Source: Candidatus Rifleibacteriota bacterium
Lineage (GTDB): Bacteria > Muiribacteriota > Ozemobacteria > Ozemobacterales > Ozemobacteraceae
DNA length: 64,000 nucleotides
Reading direction: 5' to 3'
Assembly: GCA_015232575.1 (NCBI GenBank)
Contig: JADFZL010000004.1
Location: 14,381 to 78,380, forward strand
How positions within the stretch are numbered: the first letter of the stretch is position 1; each line of letters starts with the position of its first letter. Of the stretch, positions 17,544 to 27,246 are shown one piece after another. A model generated the notes under the pieces. It did not search any database and was not told the DNA's origin. It saw nothing but the letters and a program-made list of their open reading frames with translations. The translations under genes were made by a program, and so were the position numbers.

Positions 17544-19433
17544 ATGAAAAAACGACTTGTGTATTTTTTCCAGATCATGCTTGCATTAAACGTGCTTGCA
17601 ACGACTGACCTGGAGGCTGCGGAACGTTCAGAAGTACCGGAGAAATACAAGTGGAACACTGCCGATCTTTTTCCGACCGAAGAAGCATGGAGCAACAAGG
17701 CAAAAGACATTGCAGCGCGTATTCCCAAATTGGCCGATTTTCAGGGGAAACTTGGCACCGACGCTGCCGGATTCTTTGCAGCTCTGGATACAATAATGGC
17801 TCTGGATAATGAACTTTCCCGGCTGATGACCTATGCCAGCATGAGAAGCGATGAAGATACGCGCGCCGGAAAACCCCGTGAAATGGAACAGACCGCAAAA
17901 GATCTGGCCGTAAAGTTTACTTCGACTACTTCCTTCATGCGCCCTGAAATTATCGCTCTTGGTGAAGCTAAAGTCATGGGGTTTGTAAATGAGGAAAAGA
18001 AACTTCTACCTTATAAACCCTGGCTTGAAGACATTCTGCGCTATATTCCACATACACTTTCTGTTGCAGAAGAAAAAATTGCTGCCCAGGCTCTCATGAT
18101 GGCTGATGCTTCAGAGAATGCATACAGCATTTTTACGAATGCCGATCTGCCTTACCCGGAAGTTACACTTTCTGACGGCACCAAAGTTCGCATTGATGCT
18201 TCGGCTTATGGAAATTACCGTGCTTCTCCAAATCGCGAAGACAGAATAAAAGTGTTCCAGACGTTCTGGACAGAGTACAAGAAGTTTGAACGAACCCTTG
18301 GCACAACACTTTATGGCCAGATCAAAGCGCATATTTTCAACAAAGAAATCCGCAAATATAACAGTTGTCTCGAAGCTGCACTTTTTGATTCGAATGTTTC
18401 GCAGACTGTTTACAAACAGTTAATCGCCGATGTTCATGCAAATCTTCCAACTCTGCACAGATATCTTAAACTTCGCAAGAAAATGATGGGCCTGGAAAAG
18501 CTTGGATACGAAGATCTTTATGCACCTATCGTGAAGGAAGTGGATTTGAAATACACTCCTGAAGAATCAATAAAACTGGTCATGGAAGCATGTGCTCCTC
18601 TTGGAAAGGATTACCTCACCGACCTGCAGATGAGTTTTGATAAGCGCTGGGTAGATTTTCTTCCAACAACTGGAAAAAAATCAGGCGCCTACAGTACTGG
18701 AGTTTATGGTGTACATCCTTACCAGCTTCAGAACTTCACAGGACAATATGACGAAGTTTCCACCGTGGCACACGAGTCAGGTCACTCTATGCATACCTAT
18801 CTTTCTGATAAGAACCAGCCCTACGTGACCCATGACTACAAAATCTTCGTGGCTGAAGTAGCATCGACACTGAATGAAAATTTCCTTCTGGATTACATGC
18901 TTAAAAATACCAAGAACAATGATGTCAAGCTCTTCCTGCTTGGCTCTTACCTTGACAGACTTCGCACCACACTTTTCAGACAGACTTTGTTTGCTGAATT
19001 TGAAATGTTGATCCATGAAATCGCTGAAAAGGGCGACCCTTTGACCGGTGAAAAACTTACAGAACTCTATCTGAGTCTGCTTAAGAAATACTACGGCCAT
19101 GAAGCCGGCGAATGCAATATTGACGATCTTTATGGAATTGAGTGGGCGTTTATTCCTCACTTCTATTACAATTTCTATGTCTACCAATATGCCACCAGCA
19201 TTACAGCTTCATCACTCATCGCCGACAAAATTCGCGCCGAAGCTCCGGCAGTAACTGCTCGTGATTCTTATCTGAAGATGCTTTCTTCCGGTTGTTCTAA
19301 ATATCCGATTGATCTTCTGAAAGACGCTGGCGTCGATATGACAACTTCAGCTCCGTTCAACGCTGCAATGAAGCAAATGAACACTATCATGGACGAAATG
19401 GAAAAAATTCTGGCCGAAAACACCAAAAAGTAA
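17544..19433 (+). CDS. pepF: Oligoendopeptidase F (M3B zinc metallopeptidase) with N-terminal signal-like leader
   Basis: RSEVPEKYKWN, GKKSGAYS, HESGH zinc motif, FVAEVAST, RQTLFAEFE, IPHFYYNFYVYQYATS, LLKDAGVDM. AAGGAG RBS. Confidence 0.93.
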   Translation: MKKRLVYFFQIMLALNVLATTDLEAAERSEVPEKYKWNTADLFPTEEAWSNKAKDIAARIPKLADFQGKLGTDAAGFFAALDTIMALDNELSRLMTYASMRSDEDTRAGKPREMEQTAKDLAVKFTSTTSFMRPEIIALGEAKVMGFVNEEKKLLPYKPWLEDILRYIPHTLSVAEEKIAAQALMMADASENAYSIFTNADLPYPEVTLSDGTKVRIDASAYGNYRASPNREDRIKVFQTFWTEYKKFERTLGTTLYGQIKAHIFNKEIRKYNSCLEAALFDSNVSQTVYKQLIADVHANLPTLHRYLKLRKKMMGLEKLGYEDLYAPIVKEVDLKYTPEESIKLVMEACAPLGKDYLTDLQMSFDKRWVDFLPTTGKKSGAYSTGVYGVHPYQLQNFTGQYDEVSTVAHESGHSMHTYLSDKNQPYVTHDYKIFVAEVASTLNENFLLDYMLKNTKNNDVKLFLLGSYLDRLRTTLFRQTLFAEFEMLIHEIAEKGDPLTGEKLTELYLSLLKKYYGHEAGECNIDDLYGIEWAFIPHFYYNFYVYQYATSITASSLIADKIRAEAPAVTARDSYLKMLSSGCSKYPIDLLKDAGVDMTTSAPFNAAMKQMNTIMDEMEKILAENTKK

Positions 19434-19465
19434 AAGAATCTTTTTTGTAATATCAAAAAGTCTGT

Positions 19466-19504
19466 ATCAGATGGACCACCGCAATTGGTGGTCCATCTGA
19501 TTTT
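19466..19504 (+). terminator. Rho-independent terminator after pepF
   Basis: 15-bp stem atcagatggaccacc / ggtggtccatctgat followed by T residues. Confidence 0.8.
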
Positions 19505-19706
19505 ATGAAGCCTTACTGTTAAATCCTTAAAAGGCGCTTGTCATGTTTTACGTTTTGTGATAACAAGGTAAAAACAGATCGGATTTATAGATGAAAAGAG
19601 AGTTTTCTTCATGGTATAAGAAATATTAAAATACTTGATCAACTTTCTAAAATTTTTGATGTATGCAAATGGCAGGGAAAAATTTTATTTTGATGTGGAG
19701 GTTTAT

Positions 19707-20240
19707 ATGTATAAATCTTTTCTTACTATTTTTCTGGTGGCAGTGGTAGTTTTGATTTCCACGCCACTCTTTTCAACTCAGATTCTTTACATTGCTCCTG
19801 ACGGATTGACCATGAAATTGTCTCTCCAGAGCGATCCGGCGAAACAAGATCTGGTCCTGCTCACAGGAAATGTTGAGGGTAACCTTGGAAATATCAGTAG
19901 TATTACCATGCAGTTTTTCGGCTCTCCTGGAATTACGGTGGAACCAGCTTCAGCTTCTATTCCGCGAATTTCAAAAGGTGAAGCCGTTAAATTCGAAATC
20001 AGGGTAAAGGGCTTGGCTGAGCTTTCTGGAAAGGCAACTTCGTGGGTAAAGATGCGTGCAGATTATGTTCCAGATTATAAAACTTTAATTGAGCAGGTTA
20101 AAAACGATGAACAGGAATATCCTGACCAATATGCACGTCAGGATCTTCTTCAGGGCATTATGGAAGGGCAGGAAAAAACTGAAACAATTTCTCAGGTAAT
20201 TGGGTACCTGCTTTCGACCAACGAATCAAAAGATCGCTAA
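19707..20240 (+). CDS. Secreted beta-rich (Ig-like) hypothetical protein, copy A (start re-assigned to ATG 19707)
   Basis: GGAGG RBS before ATG 19707, signal peptide, close paralog of 22641-23174. Confidence 0.75.
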   Translation: MYKSFLTIFLVAVVVLISTPLFSTQILYIAPDGLTMKLSLQSDPAKQDLVLLTGNVEGNLGNISSITMQFFGSPGITVEPASASIPRISKGEAVKFEIRVKGLAELSGKATSWVKMRADYVPDYKTLIEQVKNDEQEYPDQYARQDLLQGIMEGQEKTETISQVIGYLLSTNESKDR

Positions 20241-20252
20241 AGGAGCTGAATC

Positions 20253-21773
20253 ATGAAATTAAGAAGTCGCATTTTAAAGCTCATTTTTGTCTTTTCATAC
20301 TGCCTCCTTTGCTGTCCTTTGCTTTTTGCCGGCGAAGTTAAGTTTGAAATTGTAAAACTTCTAAAAGTTCTTGGTTACAAATACGTTAAAGGCGAGGAAA
20401 ACTGGCAGGATAAAATAGAAATAGGGGTTGGCGATTCGGAAAGATATTTGACCGAAAAATTTCAATACTCAAGTCGTGATGAAGTTGAAAAGCTCTTTAG
20501 AGAATGGTCGGGTGGTGAACTTACCAAAGAACAGAAAAAGACTCTTGAAGTGATCGATTGCGTAAAAGGCGAAATGATAAAAAGTCTTATGGCTCTGGGG
20601 AAAAAAAACCTGGGTAAAGATGATTGCGACATTGTCGTGAAAATATTTGACACATCTCTGGTTGAAAACGAAAGGGGAAAAGATAAAGTATTAAAAGAAT
20701 TCTGGCCGTGTTTCTCCAGAAACACCAGCAGTATTACCATTCCTACTGCTTATTTTGCTACTAAGAAGTATCCTGGAACAGTGCTTGTACATGAACTTGC
20801 TCACTCGGTAGATAAAGCTGTACATGAAGATAATGCTTACGGGCCTGATGGTTCTCACAGTGTTAATGAGATTACCAAGCCGATAGCAGCATTCAAAGAG
20901 GGCTGGGCTATATATAACGCATATGATGCTTTTCCCGGCGATTATGGAATTCCCTTCAATCTCAAGGAAGATGGAGTGAAAATCGAATCTGCTGATAAAG
21001 GAAAATACGATAACTACGCTGGAGAAAAAGTCACTGGAAAAGAAATTCTCTGTGTCGAGGGTGTCAATGCCAAGATTATGCAGCAAATTGCATCTGAATA
21101 CGGCCGGGAAAAACTTGAAAAAGCTTTTCTCGAATGCAATTCAAAAGGGACCACCATCAAGAATCTTTTTTCAAGTTTTGTAAAACTTAATCCCGATTCA
21201 ACAAAGAAAGTATTCGAGATACTGGATAAAGAAACATTAGGAATTCTTAAAGACAGTGAAATAACAGAAATTTTAGGAGATGGAAAAACAGTAAAGAGCC
21301 TTTTATCTGCCCGCAAACAATCTCCACTAAGCAGGGAAGCATCTGATAGAATTCAGTCCTTCATAGAAGATTATCAGAAAACTTTGAAAAATCTCATGGC
21401 ACAACCCCAGCCTCTTTCTGAAGAAGATGCAAAGATGCTTCAAAAGTATAAAAGATTAATAGCAGGGGAGATTGATCGTTTTAAGTCCAGTATTGCCGAA
21501 ATACAAAAGATTACCCGTAACAAAAAAGCTATGGCTGAATTTTCCCCGGCACGGCAAGCTGAATTAAAGGCGGATGCTAACTCGTTTAAGGAAATTTCTA
21601 AAAAGCAAAACGAATTTATGGAAACTTTTGAAAAATTTATGAAAGTCAGCGACAATAATAACCAGATGATTAAAAATAATGGTGTTGATGACTCCAATAT
21701 TAACACCACCCAACCAGAAGCACAGGAGCAGCCTGCTGAAGGCACTTCCGAAAAGGGGCTTTTTGGAAATTAG
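20253..21773 (+). CDS. Secreted zinc metalloprotease-like protein (HExxH + downstream Glu), copy A
   Basis: Signal peptide, VLVHELAH, YGPDGSH, AFKEGWA (gluzincin-type third ligand), C-terminal helical region. AAGGAG RBS. Confidence 0.75.
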   Translation: MKLRSRILKLIFVFSYCLLCCPLLFAGEVKFEIVKLLKVLGYKYVKGEENWQDKIEIGVGDSERYLTEKFQYSSRDEVEKLFREWSGGELTKEQKKTLEVIDCVKGEMIKSLMALGKKNLGKDDCDIVVKIFDTSLVENERGKDKVLKEFWPCFSRNTSSITIPTAYFATKKYPGTVLVHELAHSVDKAVHEDNAYGPDGSHSVNEITKPIAAFKEGWAIYNAYDAFPGDYGIPFNLKEDGVKIESADKGKYDNYAGEKVTGKEILCVEGVNAKIMQQIASEYGREKLEKAFLECNSKGTTIKNLFSSFVKLNPDSTKKVFEILDKETLGILKDSEITEILGDGKTVKSLLSARKQSPLSREASDRIQSFIEDYQKTLKNLMAQPQPLSEEDAKMLQKYKRLIAGEIDRFKSSIAEIQKITRNKKAMAEFSPARQAELKADANSFKEISKKQNEFMETFEKFMKVSDNNNQMIKNNGVDDSNINTTQPEAQEQPAEGTSEKGLFGN

Positions 21774-21791
21774 GACATTAGGAGAAATTTT

Positions 21792-22550
21792 ATGTTTAGA
21801 AAATTGTACAAGAGTCTAAACGGTTTGATGTTTGTGTTTGTGCTTCTCATGTCGTCGTTTCTTGGTGCTGCTGACAGAACAAACACATATCTTTTACCGA
21901 ATGAAGATGAAGGTTATGCCGGATACTGCCAAATTCATGCAGATGGTTCTTTTGCAATCTATCCGAATTCAGGGGGTGAAATAAAGGGAACAGGTGGAAG
22001 CAGTGCACTAAACCAGGCAATAAAGGATAATGGACTGCCGCCAAAAAAAGGTGGGTCTGTTGATCCACGTTTTTTTACGCTACCTCCGGGCAATTACGAC
22101 CTCGGAAGGGGAAAGTTAGAATACAAGGAAAATGGAGATATAACTATAAAGTTAAAGAGTGGAATCTCCGTTACCAGTTCAGGAGGTGGATTGAGTTTGG
22201 CTGCGCTGGCTCTGAATAATTATTTGACCTTTCCAGACTTGACAGAAGAAATAATGGGAAGTGCTGACAAGGGTTTGTTGCCTGCGTCTCAAAAATTCCC
22301 ACTTTCTGGAACGACTTCTCCTGATTCAACAGGCGGCGAAAGAAATGAGCTCAAAAATCCCAGCAACCCGAAAGTTGAAGTAACGGTTACTTCAATTGCT
22401 GATGATCAGAAAGTTTCCCATAAAGAAACTACAGTTCAAACAAATCAGCCTGTGGTTGTTCCACCTCAACTTGGAGCGGAAACTGGCACCTCGGCGCAAG
22501 AAAAGAAAGACGACAAGCTCAGCAAGCTGAGACCGCCAAGTTCCCAGTAA
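21792..22550 (+). CDS. Secreted hypothetical protein
   Basis: AGGAG RBS, signal peptide, weak internal two-fold repeat, low-complexity C-terminus. Confidence 0.7.
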   Translation: MFRKLYKSLNGLMFVFVLLMSSFLGAADRTNTYLLPNEDEGYAGYCQIHADGSFAIYPNSGGEIKGTGGSSALNQAIKDNGLPPKKGGSVDPRFFTLPPGNYDLGRGKLEYKENGDITIKLKSGISVTSSGGGLSLAALALNNYLTFPDLTEEIMGSADKGLLPASQKFPLSGTTSPDSTGGERNELKNPSNPKVEVTVTSIADDQKVSHKETTVQTNQPVVVPPQLGAETGTSAQEKKDDKLSKLRPPSSQ

Positions 22551-22640
22551 TTGGTGACAGTTAGGTCAAGTCTATGAGGTTTTTTCGTTAGGACTGATTG
22601 AGTTGTTACTGAAAAACTTTATTTCAATTTGGAGGATTGC

Positions 22641-23174
22641 ATGAATAAATCTATTCTTTTTATTTCTCTGTTTGCAGTGGTTGTTTTGATTGCTGTTCCT
22701 GTCTATTCAAGTCAGATTCTTTACGTCGCTCCCGATGGGCTGAATATGAAATTGTCTCTGCAAAGTGACCCGGGAAAACAAGATCTCGTTCTCCTTACCG
22801 GAAAAGTGGAAGGCAATCTTGGAAATATCAGCAATATTTCAATGCAATTTTTCGCTTCTCCGGGAATTACGGTAGAACCAGCTTCAGCGACTATTTTCAG
22901 TATTTCAAAAGGCGAAGTGGTCAAGTTTGAAATCAGGGTTAAGGGTCTCGCTGAGCTTGCAGGAAAGGCAACTTCCTGGGTAAAGATGCGTGCCAATTAC
23001 CTTCCGGATTATAAAGCTTTAATTGAACAGGTTAAAAACGATGAACAGGAATTTCCTGACCAGTATGCACGTCAGGATCTTCTTCAGGGCATTATGGAAG
23101 GGCAGGAAAAAACTGAAACAATTTCTCAGGTAATTGGGTACCTGCTTTCGACCAACGAATCAAAAAACCGGTAA
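22641..23174 (+). CDS. Secreted beta-rich (Ig-like) hypothetical protein, copy B (start re-assigned to ATG 22641)
   Basis: GGAGG RBS before ATG 22641, signal peptide, paralog of 19707-20240. Confidence 0.75.
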   Translation: MNKSILFISLFAVVVLIAVPVYSSQILYVAPDGLNMKLSLQSDPGKQDLVLLTGKVEGNLGNISNISMQFFASPGITVEPASATIFSISKGEVVKFEIRVKGLAELAGKATSWVKMRANYLPDYKALIEQVKNDEQEFPDQYARQDLLQGIMEGQEKTETISQVIGYLLSTNESKNR

Positions 23175-23186
23175 AGGAGCAGAATC

Positions 23187-24698
23187 ATGAAATTCGGAAA
23201 TCATATTTTCAAGCTCATTTTTATTTTTTCATACTGCTTACTTTGCAGCCAATCGCTTTTTGCCGGTGAAGTGAAGTTCGAAATTGTAAGACTTTTGAAG
23301 AAAGTTGATTCAAAATACCTGAAGACGCCAGGAGAAGAGATTTCACAGGGGCGCTCGGAAAGATATCTGAGCGAAACTTTTCAATGCTCCAGCAAGGATG
23401 AGGTTGAGAAACTCCTGAAAGAATGGTCAGGAGGAGAACTTGATAATGCCCAGAAAAAGATTGTTGAGATGGTGGGATATGGTAAAGATAAATTGACTAC
23501 AGATCTTATGACTTTGGGGAAAAAAAACAAGGGAAAAGATGACCGTGACATCATTGTGAAAATTTATGATTCATCTCTGGTTGAAAATGAATTAGGAAAA
23601 AAGTTTTTTATGAAAGAATTCTGGCCAAGTTCTTCTGGAGATACAATAAAGTTTCCTATTGCCTATGTCAGCAGCGTTGGCGGTAACCCCAGCAAAATTC
23701 TAGTGCATGAACTTTCCCACGCAATAGATAATAACCGGCGTGAAAGTGGCTCTTACGGTCCAGATGGTGACCATTCTCCGAGCGAGATTACCATGCCACG
23801 CTCAGCATTCGTAGAGGGCTGGGCTGAATATAATACGCTCTATGCTTTCCCCGGAAAGGATGGTGATGCATCCAAAGGCTTTGAAACAGTTCTCAATGCT
23901 GGAGTAAGAATTGAATCAAGTAAAGGAAAATATGATAAATATTCCGCGGAAAAAGTGACTGGAGAAGAAATTCTCAGTACTGAAGGTGTCAATGCTTTGA
24001 TTCTTCACAAAATTTCAGCAGAATTTGGTCGGAAAAAACTGGAAAAGGCTTTTTTAGACTCCAACTCAAAGAAAACGACTATCGGTGACTTTCTTTCAAG
24101 TTTTGTAAAACTCTATCCAGATTCGTTAAAAAAAGTTTTCAACATCCTGAATAAAGAAACATTTGGTATTCTCAGCGACAGTAAAATTACAGAAATTCTA
24201 GGAGATGGAAAAACTGTTGAAACTTTTTTAAAGAATAGGAAACAGCCCGCTTTCAGCAGAAATGCATCTGAAAAGATCCTGGTTTCAATCAGCGAAGACA
24301 GGAATACTATCAAAACCATTATGGAGAAACCTCAGCCTATCTCTGATTCTGATAAAGACACACTTCAAAAAGCTAAAGAGCAATTGGCAAAAAAAATGGC
24401 AGATTATGAAACCTGCGTTTCTGGAATAATTGAGTTAATGCAAAACAAAGAAGCCCTTAAAGAATATTCTCCTTCACGGGATGCTGAGCTTCGGAGTTAT
24501 GAGGTATCCGCCAGCGGGAATATCAAAAAACAAAAGAAATTTATGGATTCGGTTGACAATTTTTTGTTAGAGAACGAGAAAAATAACCTGCCAATTTCAA
24601 AAATAGATGTTGATGATTCCAATATTAACACCACACAACCGGAAGGTCAGGAACAGCCTGTCGAAGGAACTTCCGAAAAAGGGCTCTTTGGAAATTAG
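23187..24698 (+). CDS. Secreted zinc metalloprotease-like protein (HExxH + downstream Glu), copy B
   Basis: Signal peptide, ILVHELSH, YGPDGDH, AFVEGWAE. Same C-terminal tail as copy A (GTSEKGLFGN). Confidence 0.75.
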   Translation: MKFGNHIFKLIFIFSYCLLCSQSLFAGEVKFEIVRLLKKVDSKYLKTPGEEISQGRSERYLSETFQCSSKDEVEKLLKEWSGGELDNAQKKIVEMVGYGKDKLTTDLMTLGKKNKGKDDRDIIVKIYDSSLVENELGKKFFMKEFWPSSSGDTIKFPIAYVSSVGGNPSKILVHELSHAIDNNRRESGSYGPDGDHSPSEITMPRSAFVEGWAEYNTLYAFPGKDGDASKGFETVLNAGVRIESSKGKYDKYSAEKVTGEEILSTEGVNALILHKISAEFGRKKLEKAFLDSNSKKTTIGDFLSSFVKLYPDSLKKVFNILNKETFGILSDSKITEILGDGKTVETFLKNRKQPAFSRNASEKILVSISEDRNTIKTIMEKPQPISDSDKDTLQKAKEQLAKKMADYETCVSGIIELMQNKEALKEYSPSRDAELRSYEVSASGNIKKQKKFMDSVDNFLLENEKNNLPISKIDVDDSNINTTQPEGQEQPVEGTSEKGLFGN

Positions 24699-24705
24699 TT
24701 TTTCA

Positions 24706-27246
24706 TCATTCGGCCCCTGTAAGGCTTACACTGGAATTTTTATCATCGATAGCCAGAATATAGGCTTTTTCGGCAGCGGGGCTGCATGGGTTGAAATATG
24801 GGTTGTACTGAATAGTTCCTCCGTGTTTAAAGTTTTCCATGGTTGAAGGTTTAGAGGTGGAATGATCTGGAGTGAGTTCGAATACTGCCATTCCGCCTCT
24901 GATATCCAGTTTGTTGGTGTTGGATGAGCCTGTTCCTGTTGTTGCCAGCACTCTGCCGCCCACCCCGGGAGATTCAGTTGTACCTTTGCTCAAGGCAACG
25001 AGATATGCGTTGATTTCTGTGTTGGGTGGTACATAAATGTTGCCGTCAAGAGCGATAATTGAGAATAAATGCCTGGAAACTCCATCAACTACATCACTAC
25101 TGGTTATGCCACCTTTAAACATAATGCTTTTCCGCTCAAGAATAAGAATTCCAGATTTATTCAACTTGATGGGTTTGTCGATTACAATTTCTGAATCTGT
25201 TCCCTGTCGAAGAATCAAATAGATGCCTGGACGGTTAAACTCATATCCTACAAGGCTTCCTCCGCTGAAAACCTTTGAAAAAACTCGGGAACCGAGGATT
25301 TCCATCTGTTGGGCATGGTCATTGATTCCAGAAAGATCAATTATTTGGGTAACACGAGGATACAAGCCCTTTTGAACTGTAGAATTGAAAGGAAATGAAC
25401 CGAAGTTGAGTTTTCGAAGGTCTCCGAAAAAGATTGTTTCTTCGTTATCAACAGAGGGAAGTATCGAACCGGAGCGGCTCTTAGAAAGCTGAATGTTCGT
25501 TACGGGAAGGTGGCAGGGCGGATTTTCTGAATTTAAAGAGTTCAAACCAGGAATTGCCTGCGATTTTCCTGGAAGCATCCCAATGCCACCAGTGCGACTT
25601 TTTGAGTTGTTCAAGTCGGGTAATATTCCATAACCCATCAGGTCAAAAATCATATTCAGGGCAACGCCCACCATAGGTGCCGATCCATGAACAGGAGCCC
25701 ACCATCGGGGTCTGATGCTTCGCAGTTTTTCAAATCCAGGTTTCGGCTCTCCAGTAGAGGTCTGGAAAATATCAGCATTTTTTGCAGCCCCCGTCAAAGC
25801 AGGAATTGTTTTGACAGGAGCGTCAGGGTCGTAGGTTGAAGAATCTTGACCGACCAGTATGCCCTTCTTGTTAGCGTCGTTAGTTAACATATAATACTGA
25901 AGAAATTCAGCATAAGCCGGTCCTGCTACCAGTGTACGGGAAGGTCTGAACCTGATTCCAAAAGGCAAAACCCATGAAGAGGACATGTCGTCTGCGGTGA
26001 TTGCTGTTCCGTCTGGTTTTACCCAAAGATTGTGTGTCCGCACTCCGGAATTGTTCGTATCAGAAAGGGTCGCATCAAATGTGAAAAAACCCTGCAATTT
26101 AGTGTGAACTTGATAAGGACCGCCTATTGGAGTCGGAGTTTTCAGAAGATCCGGGTCGGAAATCGGGTAGGGAAAGTTTCCTACGATTCCACCGCCGACC
26201 TGCGTCGGAAAGCTCAAATAGGTATGACCACCTATGCCACTGTTTCCAGTCATTCCGGGGTCGGGAAGAAAACCCGATGGAATGCGAACATGAACCGGAC
26301 CGTTGAGAGCGGTCGGATTTCTTCCGGAGGCTGTGGTAGGGCACATTCCAAGAAAAACCCATCCACGGGTTTGAAGATCTTTCGTTGCATCCTGCAATGG
26401 GAGACCTCCGGAAAGATTTACTGTGTCAGTTCCGTTTATGCAGACGAGTGGACGAAAGCTTGGTGCGCTGTAACTTTCTGAATTAAAGACGGTACGATCA
26501 TCCCATGAACCATCGAATTGATTGCGAACAGTATTATAAGACTGCGGACCCGGATTAAAAATTGAGAAAAGCGTAAACCGGCACCATGGCCCTGAAATCA
26601 TATTTACTATTTTGAACTGCCGACTGATGTTTGCCTGTCTGGTTAAGCCCCGAAAACTGACCTTACATGATAGCGTAAGCATTCCACGTCTTTCTACCGC
26701 GTCGAATCCGGCCGCAAGGTTATCAGGGTCAGACGGATCTTTGAGCCTTTCCATATTGGTAAAGGAAAGCCCCATCTCTTCAACTCTTGGGATGAATTTT
26801 CCGTATGAATAGCTTTTTATAACCTTTTGATAATCACCCGCCACCCTGCTCATAAGGTTGTTTGGATCACGTGGAGTGCCATTGATATCTGTCTTACCGC
26901 TTATAAGATTGAGCGTTTTCGCGTCTACTGGCTTGAAAAGGCTGAGTGCTTGAGCCTGAAGTGTTTCTCTTACAGACGGATCCTGTTGATTGATGACTTC
27001 TGCCAGGAAATATCCGCCGTTCATTGCCAGGGTTGACGTGACTTCGCTGATAGTACCGTGGTGAAGAAGAAGATTCTGAGAACGCATGATATTATTGTAA
27101 GCTAGAATGATTCCTATCAGGAACATCAGTACAAGGAAAACAACTCCTAATACCATTCCATTGCGCCGGTTCGATTTATAATTATTTCGGAGAGAATTTT
27201 TATGCACTGCAGATTCCTTGTACTTTTTGAATATTTTCAGACTCAA
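24706..27246 (-). CDS. Large PilX/GspK-like minor pseudopilin-type protein (alternative GTG start at 27207)
   Basis: Basic leader, then G-MVLGVVFLVLMFLIGIILAY (class III signal lacking Glu5, as in PilX/GspK). Large beta-rich body with C-terminal beta-helix-like repeats (GNIYV, INAYLVAL, IRGGMAV). Confidence 0.6.
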   Translation of the reverse strand: MSLKIFKKYKESAVHKNSLRNNYKSNRRNGMVLGVVFLVLMFLIGIILAYNNIMRSQNLLLHHGTISEVTSTLAMNGGYFLAEVINQQDPSVRETLQAQALSLFKPVDAKTLNLISGKTDINGTPRDPNNLMSRVAGDYQKVIKSYSYGKFIPRVEEMGLSFTNMERLKDPSDPDNLAAGFDAVERRGMLTLSCKVSFRGLTRQANISRQFKIVNMISGPWCRFTLFSIFNPGPQSYNTVRNQFDGSWDDRTVFNSESYSAPSFRPLVCINGTDTVNLSGGLPLQDATKDLQTRGWVFLGMCPTTASGRNPTALNGPVHVRIPSGFLPDPGMTGNSGIGGHTYLSFPTQVGGGIVGNFPYPISDPDLLKTPTPIGGPYQVHTKLQGFFTFDATLSDTNNSGVRTHNLWVKPDGTAITADDMSSSWVLPFGIRFRPSRTLVAGPAYAEFLQYYMLTNDANKKGILVGQDSSTYDPDAPVKTIPALTGAAKNADIFQTSTGEPKPGFEKLRSIRPRWWAPVHGSAPMVGVALNMIFDLMGYGILPDLNNSKSRTGGIGMLPGKSQAIPGLNSLNSENPPCHLPVTNIQLSKSRSGSILPSVDNEETIFFGDLRKLNFGSFPFNSTVQKGLYPRVTQIIDLSGINDHAQQMEILGSRVFSKVFSGGSLVGYEFNRPGIYLILRQGTDSEIVIDKPIKLNKSGILILERKSIMFKGGITSSDVVDGVSRHLFSIIALDGNIYVPPNTEINAYLVALSKGTTESPGVGGRVLATTGTGSSNTNKLDIRGGMAVFELTPDHSTSKPSTMENFKHGGTIQYNPYFNPCSPAAEKAYILAIDDKNSSVSLTGAE

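Noticed and set aside
19707..24698. Diversity-generating retroelement (TR/VR pair) behind the duplicated sequences
   Set aside because: There is no reverse transcriptase in the window, the differences are not adenine-specific, and both copies are full coding genes.
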